Assembly (NCBI GenBank): GCA_965215015.1
Contig: OZ244042.1
Coordinates: forward strand, 1,888,001 to 1,952,000
DNA from: Candidatus Poribacteria bacterium
Lineage (GTDB): Bacteria; Poribacteria; WGA-4E; PCPOR2b
DNA: 64,000 bases
Reading direction: 5' to 3'
The notes beneath the pieces are model-generated. The model was not told the origin of the DNA and did no database searches. It saw nothing but the letters and a program-made list of their open reading frames with translations. The translations under genes were made by a program, and so were the position numbers. This document shows, piece by piece, positions 39,301 to 47,188 of this stretch. The first letter of the stretch is position 1, and each line of letters starts with the position of its first letter.

Positions 39301-40635
39301 TGGAACGTTCGCCAAATGCTTGATGGCAACATCCCTGGTGCCAGCCTCTACGGCACGGTGTCCTTGCATTCACCACGACGACAGGACACAACACTATACG
39401 TTGGCAGTCATAACGAGTTTAAGGTCTGGCTCAACGGGGCTTTGATTTACGAGTCTCTCCGTTACCATGCGAGTGACGGTTACACCGATTCTCTGCCGGT
39501 CACGCTGAAGGAGGGACGAAATGTGCTATTGGTAGCCGTTAGAGCCCAGTATAATGCCTTTTTTGGGTTTGAACCCGGCACCGAATATACAGTCGCGAAC
39601 CCCGGTGTCGGATACGCTTTTTCCAAGACACCCATTCATACAGGCGATACCTTTACCCTTGATCTTCGCGCCGAAACAGTCTCTGACTTGGCAGGTTGGC
39701 AGTTCGATATTGCCTTCGACCCGGCTGCCCTCGAAGCCATTGACGTCAGCGAGGGCAATTTCCTGAAGGCAGATGGGGGCTCCACCTTCTTTCGGGGGAG
39801 GAACATCGATAACGCGACAGGTAAAATCTCAGGACTCAGTGCCGCGCGATTGGCTGCCCAAGGTGTAAATGGCACCGGCACCCTGCTGCAGGTCAGGTTC
39901 AGGGCGAAATCTGCCGGTGAAACAGTGTTAGTGCTGCAGAATTTCCAGTTCGGCTCCATCACCGGCGATACTATTCCTGCAGGACCGCGTCAAATTCGCA
40001 TCGCTGTTGAGGGACGCCTGGCGACCGGGGACGTGAATCGAGATGGCGTTGTTAGCATTTTGGATCTCATTCTCGTCGCACAGCAATTGGGGAAAAAGGT
40101 GGCCCCCAACTCACCGGTAGATGTCAACCGAGATGGTGTTGTCAGCATCCTTGACCTTATCGGCATCGCGCAGGGGATCGGGAACACCACAGCGGCTGCC
40201 GCCCCGGCACCCTCCTCACTGGGGGTAAATCCTGAGACGATAGCGGCATGGATTGCACAGGCACAGGTGGCAGATGACGGTTCACTTGCCTTCAAACAGG
40301 GTATCGCAAATCTCCAAAACCTGTTAGCCGCGTTGATTCCTGAAGAGACCGCATTATTGGCAAACTATCCAAACCCGTTTAACCCGGAGACATGGATACC
40401 GTACCAATTAGCAGAACCGGCAGAAGTCACGCTGACAATCTATGATAGGAACGGGGAGGTCGTTCGCCGGTTAGCCGTCGGACATCGAGGCGCGGGGATG
40501 TATCAGAGTCAAAACCGGGCACTATATTGGGACGGACGGAATCAGCTGGGTGAACCTGTCGCCAGCGGCCTCTATTTTTACACACTCACAGCAGGCACAT
40601 TCACAGGGACACGGCGGATGTTGATACTGAAATAA
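36373..40635 (+). CDS. Large secreted protein: c-type cytochrome domain(s) + internalin-like LRR + cohesin + dockerin + C-terminal FlgD-Ig/sorting-like domain
   Basis: CLICH and CFGCH heme motifs, 22-aa 'ISDISPLAGLTNL' LRRs, 'GWQFDIAFDP' cohesin-like region, two DVNRDG dockerin loops, NYPNPFNPETWIPY tail. Start at ATG 36373 after AAGGAG. Confidence 0.88.
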   Translation: MFKRHFISYLVGICKQRQHRIALISLLMCIVGYQNVYPQQQIAQDAYAIFQQSCLICHGPDGAYRETLLMEHNSLIANGIVVPGNPNASELYNRLLTTEIAKRMPLGQPRLSTQAIATIRNWIFAGAPDWAATPAPDRRFISPHEILNTIETHVMSLAPFDRAFARYFTMTHLYNAGEPTRALDGYRNGLSKLVNSLSWGSTVTNPQPIDRQGTILYIDLRHYEWDRNDGWGQIEAAYPYHIGFDAPAQTALRAQLTRLQTEMKSDIPSVHVDWFIAQASLPPLYHDLLSLPLTDRELETRLEVDVVRNLQNAPGVRVWRAGTNNSGVSNHNRVIERHTSRYGAYWKSYDFGGSVGTQNVFTHPLSFTHDGGEVIFNLPNGLQGYYLANGAGFRLNEAPINIVSNPAASDPTVRNGLSCFGCHTEGMKPFEDQVRSVIANNTAPVYDKAQALRLYVAKSEMDALVGEDMNRYRVALEATGGAFDDIEPISRFHEAFQEEVDTAHAAAALGLEPGAFLEKIRENIGLQDLGLLVLDSEAGSMKRDTWTSSFRDIVFALDFPERFTPPTAITPPVVTPGTVVSIPDPNLRAAIAEALDKSPNAPITAEEMAKLSRLDVPRRGIRDLTGLQFATNLTRLIIDDNEVSDLSPLAGLIELRDLRMHDNLLSDISPVRGLTNLTRLEFDDSTVSDISPVRGLTNLTYLEFDDTLVSDISPVRNLTNLTHLEFDGTLVSDISPVRGLTNLTRLEFIGTLVSDLSPIAGLINLEALYFEGDNVSDLSPVSGLINLKTIDASWGSSISDLSPLAGLTKLEVILMSGGKVSDLTPLAGLTGLKKLWFQANDISDISPLAGLTQLTSVNLGSNNISDISPLAGATNLKWLAIQRNEISDISPLRGFRENITTFVWHDNPGFPKVGPSIEGPWLWVVLPETAPSSSKDLLSEVSGGAVTETEIATHGATVGSSVGDDVWTYRTLPPTRWNVRQMLDGNIPGASLYGTVSLHSPRRQDTTLYVGSHNEFKVWLNGALIYESLRYHASDGYTDSLPVTLKEGRNVLLVAVRAQYNAFFGFEPGTEYTVANPGVGYAFSKTPIHTGDTFTLDLRAETVSDLAGWQFDIAFDPAALEAIDVSEGNFLKADGGSTFFRGRNIDNATGKISGLSAARLAAQGVNGTGTLLQVRFRAKSAGETVLVLQNFQFGSITGDTIPAGPRQIRIAVEGRLATGDVNRDGVVSILDLILVAQQLGKKVAPNSPVDVNRDGVVSILDLIGIAQGIGNTTAAAAPAPSSLGVNPETIAAWIAQAQVADDGSLAFKQGIANLQNLLAALIPEETALLANYPNPFNPETWIPYQLAEPAEVTLTIYDRNGEVVRRLAVGHRGAGMYQSQNRALYWDGRNQLGEPVASGLYFYTLTAGTFTGTRRMLILK
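38368..38650 (+). repeat. 66-bp near-identical intragenic repeats encoding LRR units
   Basis: TC(C/T)GATATATC...GTGAG units at about 38368, 38434, 38500 and 38566. Confidence 0.85.
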
Positions 40636-40714
40636 ACCAGATGGGCTTGTTTCACTTTAGCCATACGGAAATTCCGATGGAACTATTGTATGTAGGTCGA
40701 TTTGCCAAAATCGA

Positions 40715-41150
40715 CAATCCCTATCGGGGATTCACGGTTTCATCGGAAGAAGAACCAAGAAACGAAACAGCAACCTTCCCTGACGAAAGGAAAGACGGGA
40801 AGCCAGTTCTCTCGCTTTCTTTTTTTCCGTTCCCCTCCCCCTGCTTGCGGGGGGACTAAGGGGGGTTCGTCTTCCCCCTGCTTGCGGGGGGACTGAGGGG
40901 GGCCGTCTTATAGAATACCAGACCCCAATGAGTAGATAGAAGCTTTTCTCTGAATTTAACGCAAAATCGAACCCCCTCGAACCGGGAGAGGGAGGCACCC
41001 GTCCCGATGCCGTTGCCCTCTAAAGGGAATGCTTACCGCATCCGGGACTCACGGTTTCATCGGGAGAAGACCCAAAAAACGAAACAGGAACCTTCCCTGA
41101 CGAAAGGAAAGACGGGAAGCCAGTTCTCTCGCTTTCTTTTTTTCCGTTCC
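40715..41150 (+). repeat. Two tandem copies of dispersed repeat family D
   Basis: CACGGTTTCATCGG...CCTTCCCTGACGAAAGGAAAGACGGGAAGCCAGTTCTCTCGC occurs at about 40733 and 41050. Confidence 0.85.
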
Positions 41151-41405
41151 CCTCCCCCTGCTTGCGGGGGGACTAAGGGGGGTCTGTCTTCCCCCTGCTT
41201 GCGGGGGGACTAAGGGGGGTTCGCCTTCTCCCTGCTTGCGGGGGGACTAAGGGGGGTTCGTCTTCCCCCTGCTTGCGGGGGGGACTAAGGGGGTCGTCTT
41301 CCCCCTGCTTGCGGGGGGACTAAGGGGGTCGTCTTCCCCCTGCTTGCGGGGGGACTAAGGGGGTCGTCTTCCCCCTGCTTGCGGGGGGACTGAGGGGGGT
41401 CCGTC
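41151..41405. repeat. Tandem array (about 7 units, 35-38 bp) of CCCCCTGCTTGCGGGGGGACTAAGGGGG hairpins
   Basis: Direct reading. The same motif occurs at about 11125, 12625, 12835, 36270, 40835, 61045-61115 and 61180-61255. Confidence 0.9.
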
Positions 41406-41466
41406 CTAGAACATAACGCTCTATTCTAGAATCAATCCGCTTTAACGGAAAACCGATGGATTTTCA

Positions 41467-42909
41467 ATGGCTAGCAACTTGAATGATAGTATGCAATGGA
41501 AACGCACAAATATTGTTTGTACAATCGGGCCCGCTAGCAGCTCGCCAGAAATGTTACGTTCCCTGATTGAAGCAGGGATGAACGCGGCAAGAATCTCGTT
41601 CTCACACGGTTCACACGCCGATCACGCGCAAACTATAGCCCATCTGAAAACAGTATCCAACCAGCTCGGCGTAAGAATACCAATTTTGCAAGATCTCTCG
41701 GGACCAAAGATGCGGATTGGCAAATTCTTGGACGAGCCAATCAAGTTGGCCCCCAATGCCAGGTTTACCCTGACAACACGCGAAATCAGCGGCAATCTCA
41801 ATACTGTATCAATCAACTATCCCCAACTGGTTGCGGATGTTAAACCGGGGAACCGTATTTTACTGGCAGATGGAGAGATTGAGTTGTGTGTAACTTCAAC
41901 CACAACCACGGACATCATCTGCGAAGTCATTGCCGGTGGGCTGCTATCTTCAAGCAAAGGGATTAGCGTCCCCGGCATCACATTGCAAACCCCCATTCCA
42001 ACCCCAAAGGATGTCGAAGACCTGCGCTTTGGAATTAATCATCGAGTTGATTGGATCGCCCAATCCTTTATCAGAAGTGCCACAGACCTTCAGAACCTCA
42101 GATCTATCCTTCAACAACATAATTCCGATATACCAATCATCGCCAAACTGGAAAAACGTGAGGTATTGGAGGACTTAGATAACATTCTCACTGAAGCAGA
42201 TGCTGTGATGGTTGCTAGAGGGGATTTGGGGTTGGAGGTGCCCCTCCCGGAGGTGCCGCTCATCCAAAAGCAGATTATCAAGAGGGCAAACCTTGTGGGT
42301 AAACCGGTCATCACCGCAACCCAGATGCTTGAATCGATGATTATCAATCCACGTCCCACACGAGCAGAGGTCACAGACATTGCCAACGCGATTCTCGATG
42401 GCACCGACGCTTTAATGCTTTCCGGGGAGACTGCTATCGGCGAATACCCTTCTGACGCAGTCCGAACAATGGCTCAAACCGCTACGACAACTGAAACTAC
42501 CATCAACTACGTAGAGCACTTCAAACGCCAACCAATTACCCTTGAGGAGAGCGTGCCGGATGCAATTGCACACGCTGCCTGTCATACCTCCATAGAAATC
42601 GGCGCGAAAGCAATTATCTGCTGTACACGGACGGGGCAAACTGCGAGGCTAGTAGCGAAATACCGCCCACCTGCACCGATTGCAGTTGTCAGCCCTTATG
42701 AAACCACGCTCCGGCGTGCTGGACTCTTTTGGGGAGCATTCCCTGTCGCAATTGAATTCGCGCCTGACACGGACACGATGATTGCACGGGCGAAGCAAGC
42801 TGTATTGAAATCAGGGCTTGCACAGGTGGGAGACCGAGTGGTTATCATCGCAGGAATACCGGCGGACGTACCGGGTACAACAAACATGATTAAAGCAGAT
42901 ATCCTTTAG
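41467..42909 (+). CDS. pyk: Pyruvate kinase
   Basis: IVCTIGPAS, DLSGPKMR, MVARGDLG, ATQMLESM, PTRAE, MLSGETA. Confidence 0.96.
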   Translation: MASNLNDSMQWKRTNIVCTIGPASSSPEMLRSLIEAGMNAARISFSHGSHADHAQTIAHLKTVSNQLGVRIPILQDLSGPKMRIGKFLDEPIKLAPNARFTLTTREISGNLNTVSINYPQLVADVKPGNRILLADGEIELCVTSTTTTDIICEVIAGGLLSSSKGISVPGITLQTPIPTPKDVEDLRFGINHRVDWIAQSFIRSATDLQNLRSILQQHNSDIPIIAKLEKREVLEDLDNILTEADAVMVARGDLGLEVPLPEVPLIQKQIIKRANLVGKPVITATQMLESMIINPRPTRAEVTDIANAILDGTDALMLSGETAIGEYPSDAVRTMAQTATTTETTINYVEHFKRQPITLEESVPDAIAHAACHTSIEIGAKAIICCTRTGQTARLVAKYRPPAPIAVVSPYETTLRRAGLFWGAFPVAIEFAPDTDTMIARAKQAVLKSGLAQVGDRVVIIAGIPADVPGTTNMIKADIL

Positions 42910-43105
42910 ATGCGAATAGTAGGCATACGGCGTATGCCTACCCCCTTAAAAAGGTGCAACGAACACGCGACTACAAGTTCAAGGGCGTAACTCCTATGTA
43001 CTAATCAACCAACATAACCCCAGTGGGGCGACAGGTGTGTAGAATTCTAACCTAACTAGCAACTTAGGTTAGAATAGCTCGCTTTAACGAAAGGACAAAA
43101 TTCGT

Positions 43106-44848
43106 TTGCAAAGAGTACCACTTAGACAATACGTTTCACTCCTCACGTACTACCTCAAACCCCTATGGTTTCGAGTGACGCTGCTCGCCGTTTTCATGCT
43201 TGGTGGGATCGGCTTAAATTTGCTCAGTCCCCAAATTATTCGTTACTTCATTGATACGGCAAAGGCAGGGGGCGCTCTCCGAAATCTGCTTATTGCCGGT
43301 GGATTATTTCTTATAGTTGGCATCTTTGGGCAAATCGTCATGCTAGTCAGCTCCTATCTGGGTCAGGATGTCGGGTGGCGGGCGACCAATCGGATGCGCG
43401 GGGATTTGGCGTTTCACTGCTTAAATCTTGACATGTCTTTCCACCAGCAGTACACCCCCGGAGAGATGGTCGAACGCGTAGACGGGGACACGACTGCACT
43501 CTCAAATTTTTTCTCAGAATTTGTAATTCAGGTCATCGGGAGCACATTCCTCCTAGCTGGCATCATCATCATGGTCTCCCGAGAGGATTGGCGAGTTGGC
43601 ACTGCACTAACAGCGTTTGTAATTATTGCATTTGGCGTCTACAACCTCATACGAAGCTTTGCTGTTCCAGCGTATACCGCCGAGCGGGAGGGTTATTCCA
43701 AACTATACGGCTTTATCGAAGAACGGCTGATCGGGATTGAAGACATTCGGACAAACGGGGCAAACGCCTATACGATGGACCGGTTCTACGATGTCAACAG
43801 GGACGCTTATAGACGGGTGCTGAGATCCGAAATTAGGGGCGAGGTGGTGCAAGCAATCACGAGGATTATGTTTGCCCTAGGACTCGCGATTTCAATGGGT
43901 ATGGGCATTTACCTCTTCCGAGACGGGGTATTCACCATCGGTACGGTCTTTATGGTTGTCCATTATACTGCCATGCTCCGGCATCCCCTTGATCAAATCA
44001 GTCGTCAACTTAACGACCTTCAGAGAGCAACGGCAGGCTTAAAGCGAATCGAAGCCTTGCAGCGCACAACCTCTCACATTCAAGATGGAACCGAAACCCT
44101 GCCCGCCTCAGGAGCAATCTCCATCGAATTTGATGGAGTGACGTTTAACTACAATGAAGGCGAGCCAGTCTTAAAAAAAATCTCCTTTAACCTAGCACCG
44201 GGCAAAATCCTCGGCCTCTTGGGGCGGACGGGCAGCGGGAAAACAACCATGACTCGCCTACTGTTTCGGTTCTACGAGCCGAATAGCGGTGAAATCCGTT
44301 TGGGGGGGATGCCGATAATGAAGGTACAGCTAGACAGCTTACGCCAGCATGTAGGGTTGGTAACACAAGACGTTCAGCTGTTTTATGCGACCGTCCGGGA
44401 CAACATCACGCTTTTCAACTCTAAGATTACCGATTCGCAAATTTTGACGGTCATTGAAGACCTTGGACTGTCCGCATGGTATGCGTCGCTCCCAGCTGGG
44501 CTTGATACCGTGATCGCCTCCGGAGGGCTTTCCGCTGGAGAGGCACAATTGCTTGCATTTGCGCGGGTATTTCTCAAAGACCCGGGAATCATCATCCTTG
44601 ACGAACCCTCTTCACGATTGGACCCAGCAACCGAACAACAGATCGATCGCGCCGTTCAGAAATTGCTCCATAACCGGACAGGCATTATCATCGCCCATCG
44701 GCTCGGCACCGTTGAACGGGTCAACGAAATTATGATCTTGGAAGATGGCGAAATCCGTGAACATGGAGCGCGGGAGCATCTTGTGGAAGATCCGAATTCC
44801 CGGTTTTCACAACTGCTTAAAACAGGGTTGGAAGAGGTCATTGTGTGA
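43106..44848 (+). CDS. ABC exporter, fused permease/ATPase
   Basis: TM domain, GRTGSGKT, LSAGEAQL, ILDEPSS. TTG start after AAGGA. Confidence 0.92.
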   Translation: MQRVPLRQYVSLLTYYLKPLWFRVTLLAVFMLGGIGLNLLSPQIIRYFIDTAKAGGALRNLLIAGGLFLIVGIFGQIVMLVSSYLGQDVGWRATNRMRGDLAFHCLNLDMSFHQQYTPGEMVERVDGDTTALSNFFSEFVIQVIGSTFLLAGIIIMVSREDWRVGTALTAFVIIAFGVYNLIRSFAVPAYTAEREGYSKLYGFIEERLIGIEDIRTNGANAYTMDRFYDVNRDAYRRVLRSEIRGEVVQAITRIMFALGLAISMGMGIYLFRDGVFTIGTVFMVVHYTAMLRHPLDQISRQLNDLQRATAGLKRIEALQRTTSHIQDGTETLPASGAISIEFDGVTFNYNEGEPVLKKISFNLAPGKILGLLGRTGSGKTTMTRLLFRFYEPNSGEIRLGGMPIMKVQLDSLRQHVGLVTQDVQLFYATVRDNITLFNSKITDSQILTVIEDLGLSAWYASLPAGLDTVIASGGLSAGEAQLLAFARVFLKDPGIIILDEPSSRLDPATEQQIDRAVQKLLHNRTGIIIAHRLGTVERVNEIMILEDGEIREHGAREHLVEDPNSRFSQLLKTGLEEVIV

Positions 44849-45086
44849 CAGGCCTTCTACTTCGAGCAGCATCTCTGACATCCAGCGAACTATTTTCTCT
44901 CTCGGTTGACTCATGAGGCTGGTAGAATGTATAATTAACCGAAGCTGACACCTACAGTCAAGGGGGGCGGGCGGATAGTGGGCGACAAATGTCTAGAAGA
45001 AGGTACAACGAAGCTAATCCCAAAACCCCAGAAAGCGATATATTCTTTCGATCCAGTCGAGCGAAAGGCTACCACGGATAACAGAT

Positions 45087-46205
45087 ATGACAACCGAATT
45101 TAACCTCCCCGAACTCGGAGAAGACATTGACGCCGGCGATGTTGTCGCCCTGCTCGTGTCTGTCGGCGACACAATTGAAGTAGATCAGCCTGTGCTAGAG
45201 ATCGAAACGGATAAGGCTGCAATCGAAATACCTTCTGCCGTCAGTGGTATCATCACGGCAATTCATGTGGAGGAAGGCGGAATAGTGGAGGTCGGGAAGC
45301 CGATTCTCACGGTTGATACAGAGGGGGTGGGTGAAGGAGGGGACAAACCTGTACAGCGACCAAAGGAAACCGTCCCCACCCTCGAAATAGCACAACCTAC
45401 ACCTGCCAGCGTGAAAAGGCAGGAGGAGACACCGACCATCGTAGCAGCTGAAACACAAGTAACCACTGAAACGCCTGAACCGCTACCAGATTTCTCAAGA
45501 TGGGGCGAAGTCGAGCGAACAGCAATGGGAGGGATACGCCGTGCCACCGCGAAATACATGGCTACTGCTTGGGCAACAATCCCGCATGCCACAAATTTCG
45601 ATAAGGCGGACATCACAGAGCTCGAGAAACTCCGAAAACAGCACACCTCAAAGGTTGAGGCTGCCGGGGGCAAACTCACTATCACGGCAGTACTCCTCAA
45701 AATTGCGGCGGGCGCGTTGAAGCAGTTCCCGCAGTTTTGCGCGAGCGTGGACATGGAGAGCGCGGAGATTATCTACAAAAAATACTATCACATCGGTGTG
45801 GCAGTCGACACGCCGCAAGGACTTCTAGTACCCGTCATCCGTGAGGTCGATCAGAAGAATATTATCGAATTAGCGATTGAACTCAGTCAGGCAGCGGAGA
45901 AAGCAAGAAATAGGAAACTCGGTTTTGAAGAAATGCAGGGCGGGACCTTCACGATAAGCAATCTCGGCGGCATCGGTGGAATGAACTTCGCCCCGATTAT
46001 CAATGCCCCTGAAGTTGCCATTCTCGGTGTTGCCCGCAGTCGGATTGAACCAGTATTTACTGATGACCAGTTTCAGCCGCGCCTGATGTTGCCACTCGCG
46101 CTCTCCTACGATCATCGCTTGATTGATGGTGCCGATGCAGCCCGTTTTCTGCGTCGGTTGGTTGATGTACTGGAGAATCCCTTCTTACTCGCTCTGGAAG
46201 GATAA
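45087..46205 (+). CDS. 2-oxoacid dehydrogenase E2 (dihydrolipoamide acyltransferase) with one lipoyl domain
   Basis: ETDKA lipoyl motif, TISNLG, DHRLIDG catalytic motif. Confidence 0.9.
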   Translation: MTTEFNLPELGEDIDAGDVVALLVSVGDTIEVDQPVLEIETDKAAIEIPSAVSGIITAIHVEEGGIVEVGKPILTVDTEGVGEGGDKPVQRPKETVPTLEIAQPTPASVKRQEETPTIVAAETQVTTETPEPLPDFSRWGEVERTAMGGIRRATAKYMATAWATIPHATNFDKADITELEKLRKQHTSKVEAAGGKLTITAVLLKIAAGALKQFPQFCASVDMESAEIIYKKYYHIGVAVDTPQGLLVPVIREVDQKNIIELAIELSQAAEKARNRKLGFEEMQGGTFTISNLGGIGGMNFAPIINAPEVAILGVARSRIEPVFTDDQFQPRLMLPLALSYDHRLIDGADAARFLRRLVDVLENPFLLALEG

Positions 46206-46269
46206 ATAAAGCATCTAAAACCAAGAAAAGGAGGCAATTCCCTTAGAAAAACGCTGTTAAGGACGCCCT

Positions 46270-46881
46270 ATGGAAGACTACGATATTAATGAATTGATTG
46301 AACAGTTAGAATATGATGAAGATCGAGAAGCGACAATCTCAGCGTTGGTTGAGATTGGTGAATCTGTTGTGCCTGACTTGATAGAGGCGTTAGAAAACGT
46401 GATTTGGGATGTGTGTGATGGCGCCGCTGACGCCTTAGCGCAGATTGGAGCCCCTGCTGTCCCCGCTTTGATAGATACGTTTGCCCATGAATTCAGGCAT
46501 GTTGCACTCAATGCCTCCGACGCAGCCGCTCGAATTGGAGCCCCTGCTGTGCCCGCTTTAGTTGAAGCATTAAACGACACCTATGACCCCGTCCGAGAAT
46601 ATGCTGTCCGGGCGTTAAGTACGATTGGAAAATCCACCCAAGCTGTCGTGCCGGCATTGATTCAAGCACTCGGCGACGATGAAGTAGATATTCGCACCTA
46701 CGCTGCCGTTGGACTGGCAAATGTCGGTGAGGCCGCCAGCGACGCCGTGCCCGCTTTGATCGCCACCTTGATGGAGGAATCTGGCTTAACGGAGGAATCC
46801 AATCGAGTGCGTCAACATGTCGCTTTTGCATTGGCAAAAATCGGGACACCAGAAGCAGAAAAAGCCTTAAGCGAACTGTGA
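46270..46881 (+). CDS. HEAT-repeat (PBS lyase-like) protein
   Basis: Repeated 'IGAPAVPAL...VR..A..AL' units. Confidence 0.88.
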   Translation: MEDYDINELIEQLEYDEDREATISALVEIGESVVPDLIEALENVIWDVCDGAADALAQIGAPAVPALIDTFAHEFRHVALNASDAAARIGAPAVPALVEALNDTYDPVREYAVRALSTIGKSTQAVVPALIQALGDDEVDIRTYAAVGLANVGEAASDAVPALIATLMEESGLTEESNRVRQHVAFALAKIGTPEAEKALSEL

Positions 46882-47188
46882 GGTAAAATTATGGTTCAGA
46901 AAGAAATCCCCTCGACGAAGACATGAGATACAGCTCATTGAGATAATTCATTTGAAAATTAAGTCACGATGTGGTATTCTTAATAAGGTTTTCTGCTGCT
47001 CAGACTTTATCCAATCATCAAGAATTGGTATATTCGCTTAATTGGTCAATGAACTCTTCAACCCCTGCACTCCTGAATTTGGTATAATCAAAAGCAAAAT
47101 TCTCAGCTATCACTATGTAGAGGGAATTTGGCTTTGTCAATCTGCGTTTTTTAAACAGGTGGAAACCCTACGATAGAAAGGATATGAA

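Noticed and set aside
41080-41125. Hammerhead ribozyme in repeat family D (CTGACGA near GAAA)
   Set aside because: There is no room for stem II between CUGANGA and GAAA, no permuted topology fits, and the 58270 copy lacks CUGA.
41151-41405. CRISPR array
   Set aside because: Units are head-to-tail with no unique spacers, the motif is dispersed through the window, and there are no cas genes.
44940-45070. Riboswitch (c-di-AMP-like) upstream of the E2 gene
   Set aside because: Only isolated words (GCTGA, GGGGG, AGCTAA) resemble the consensus and I could not build the paired stems. An Rfam/Infernal scan would settle it.
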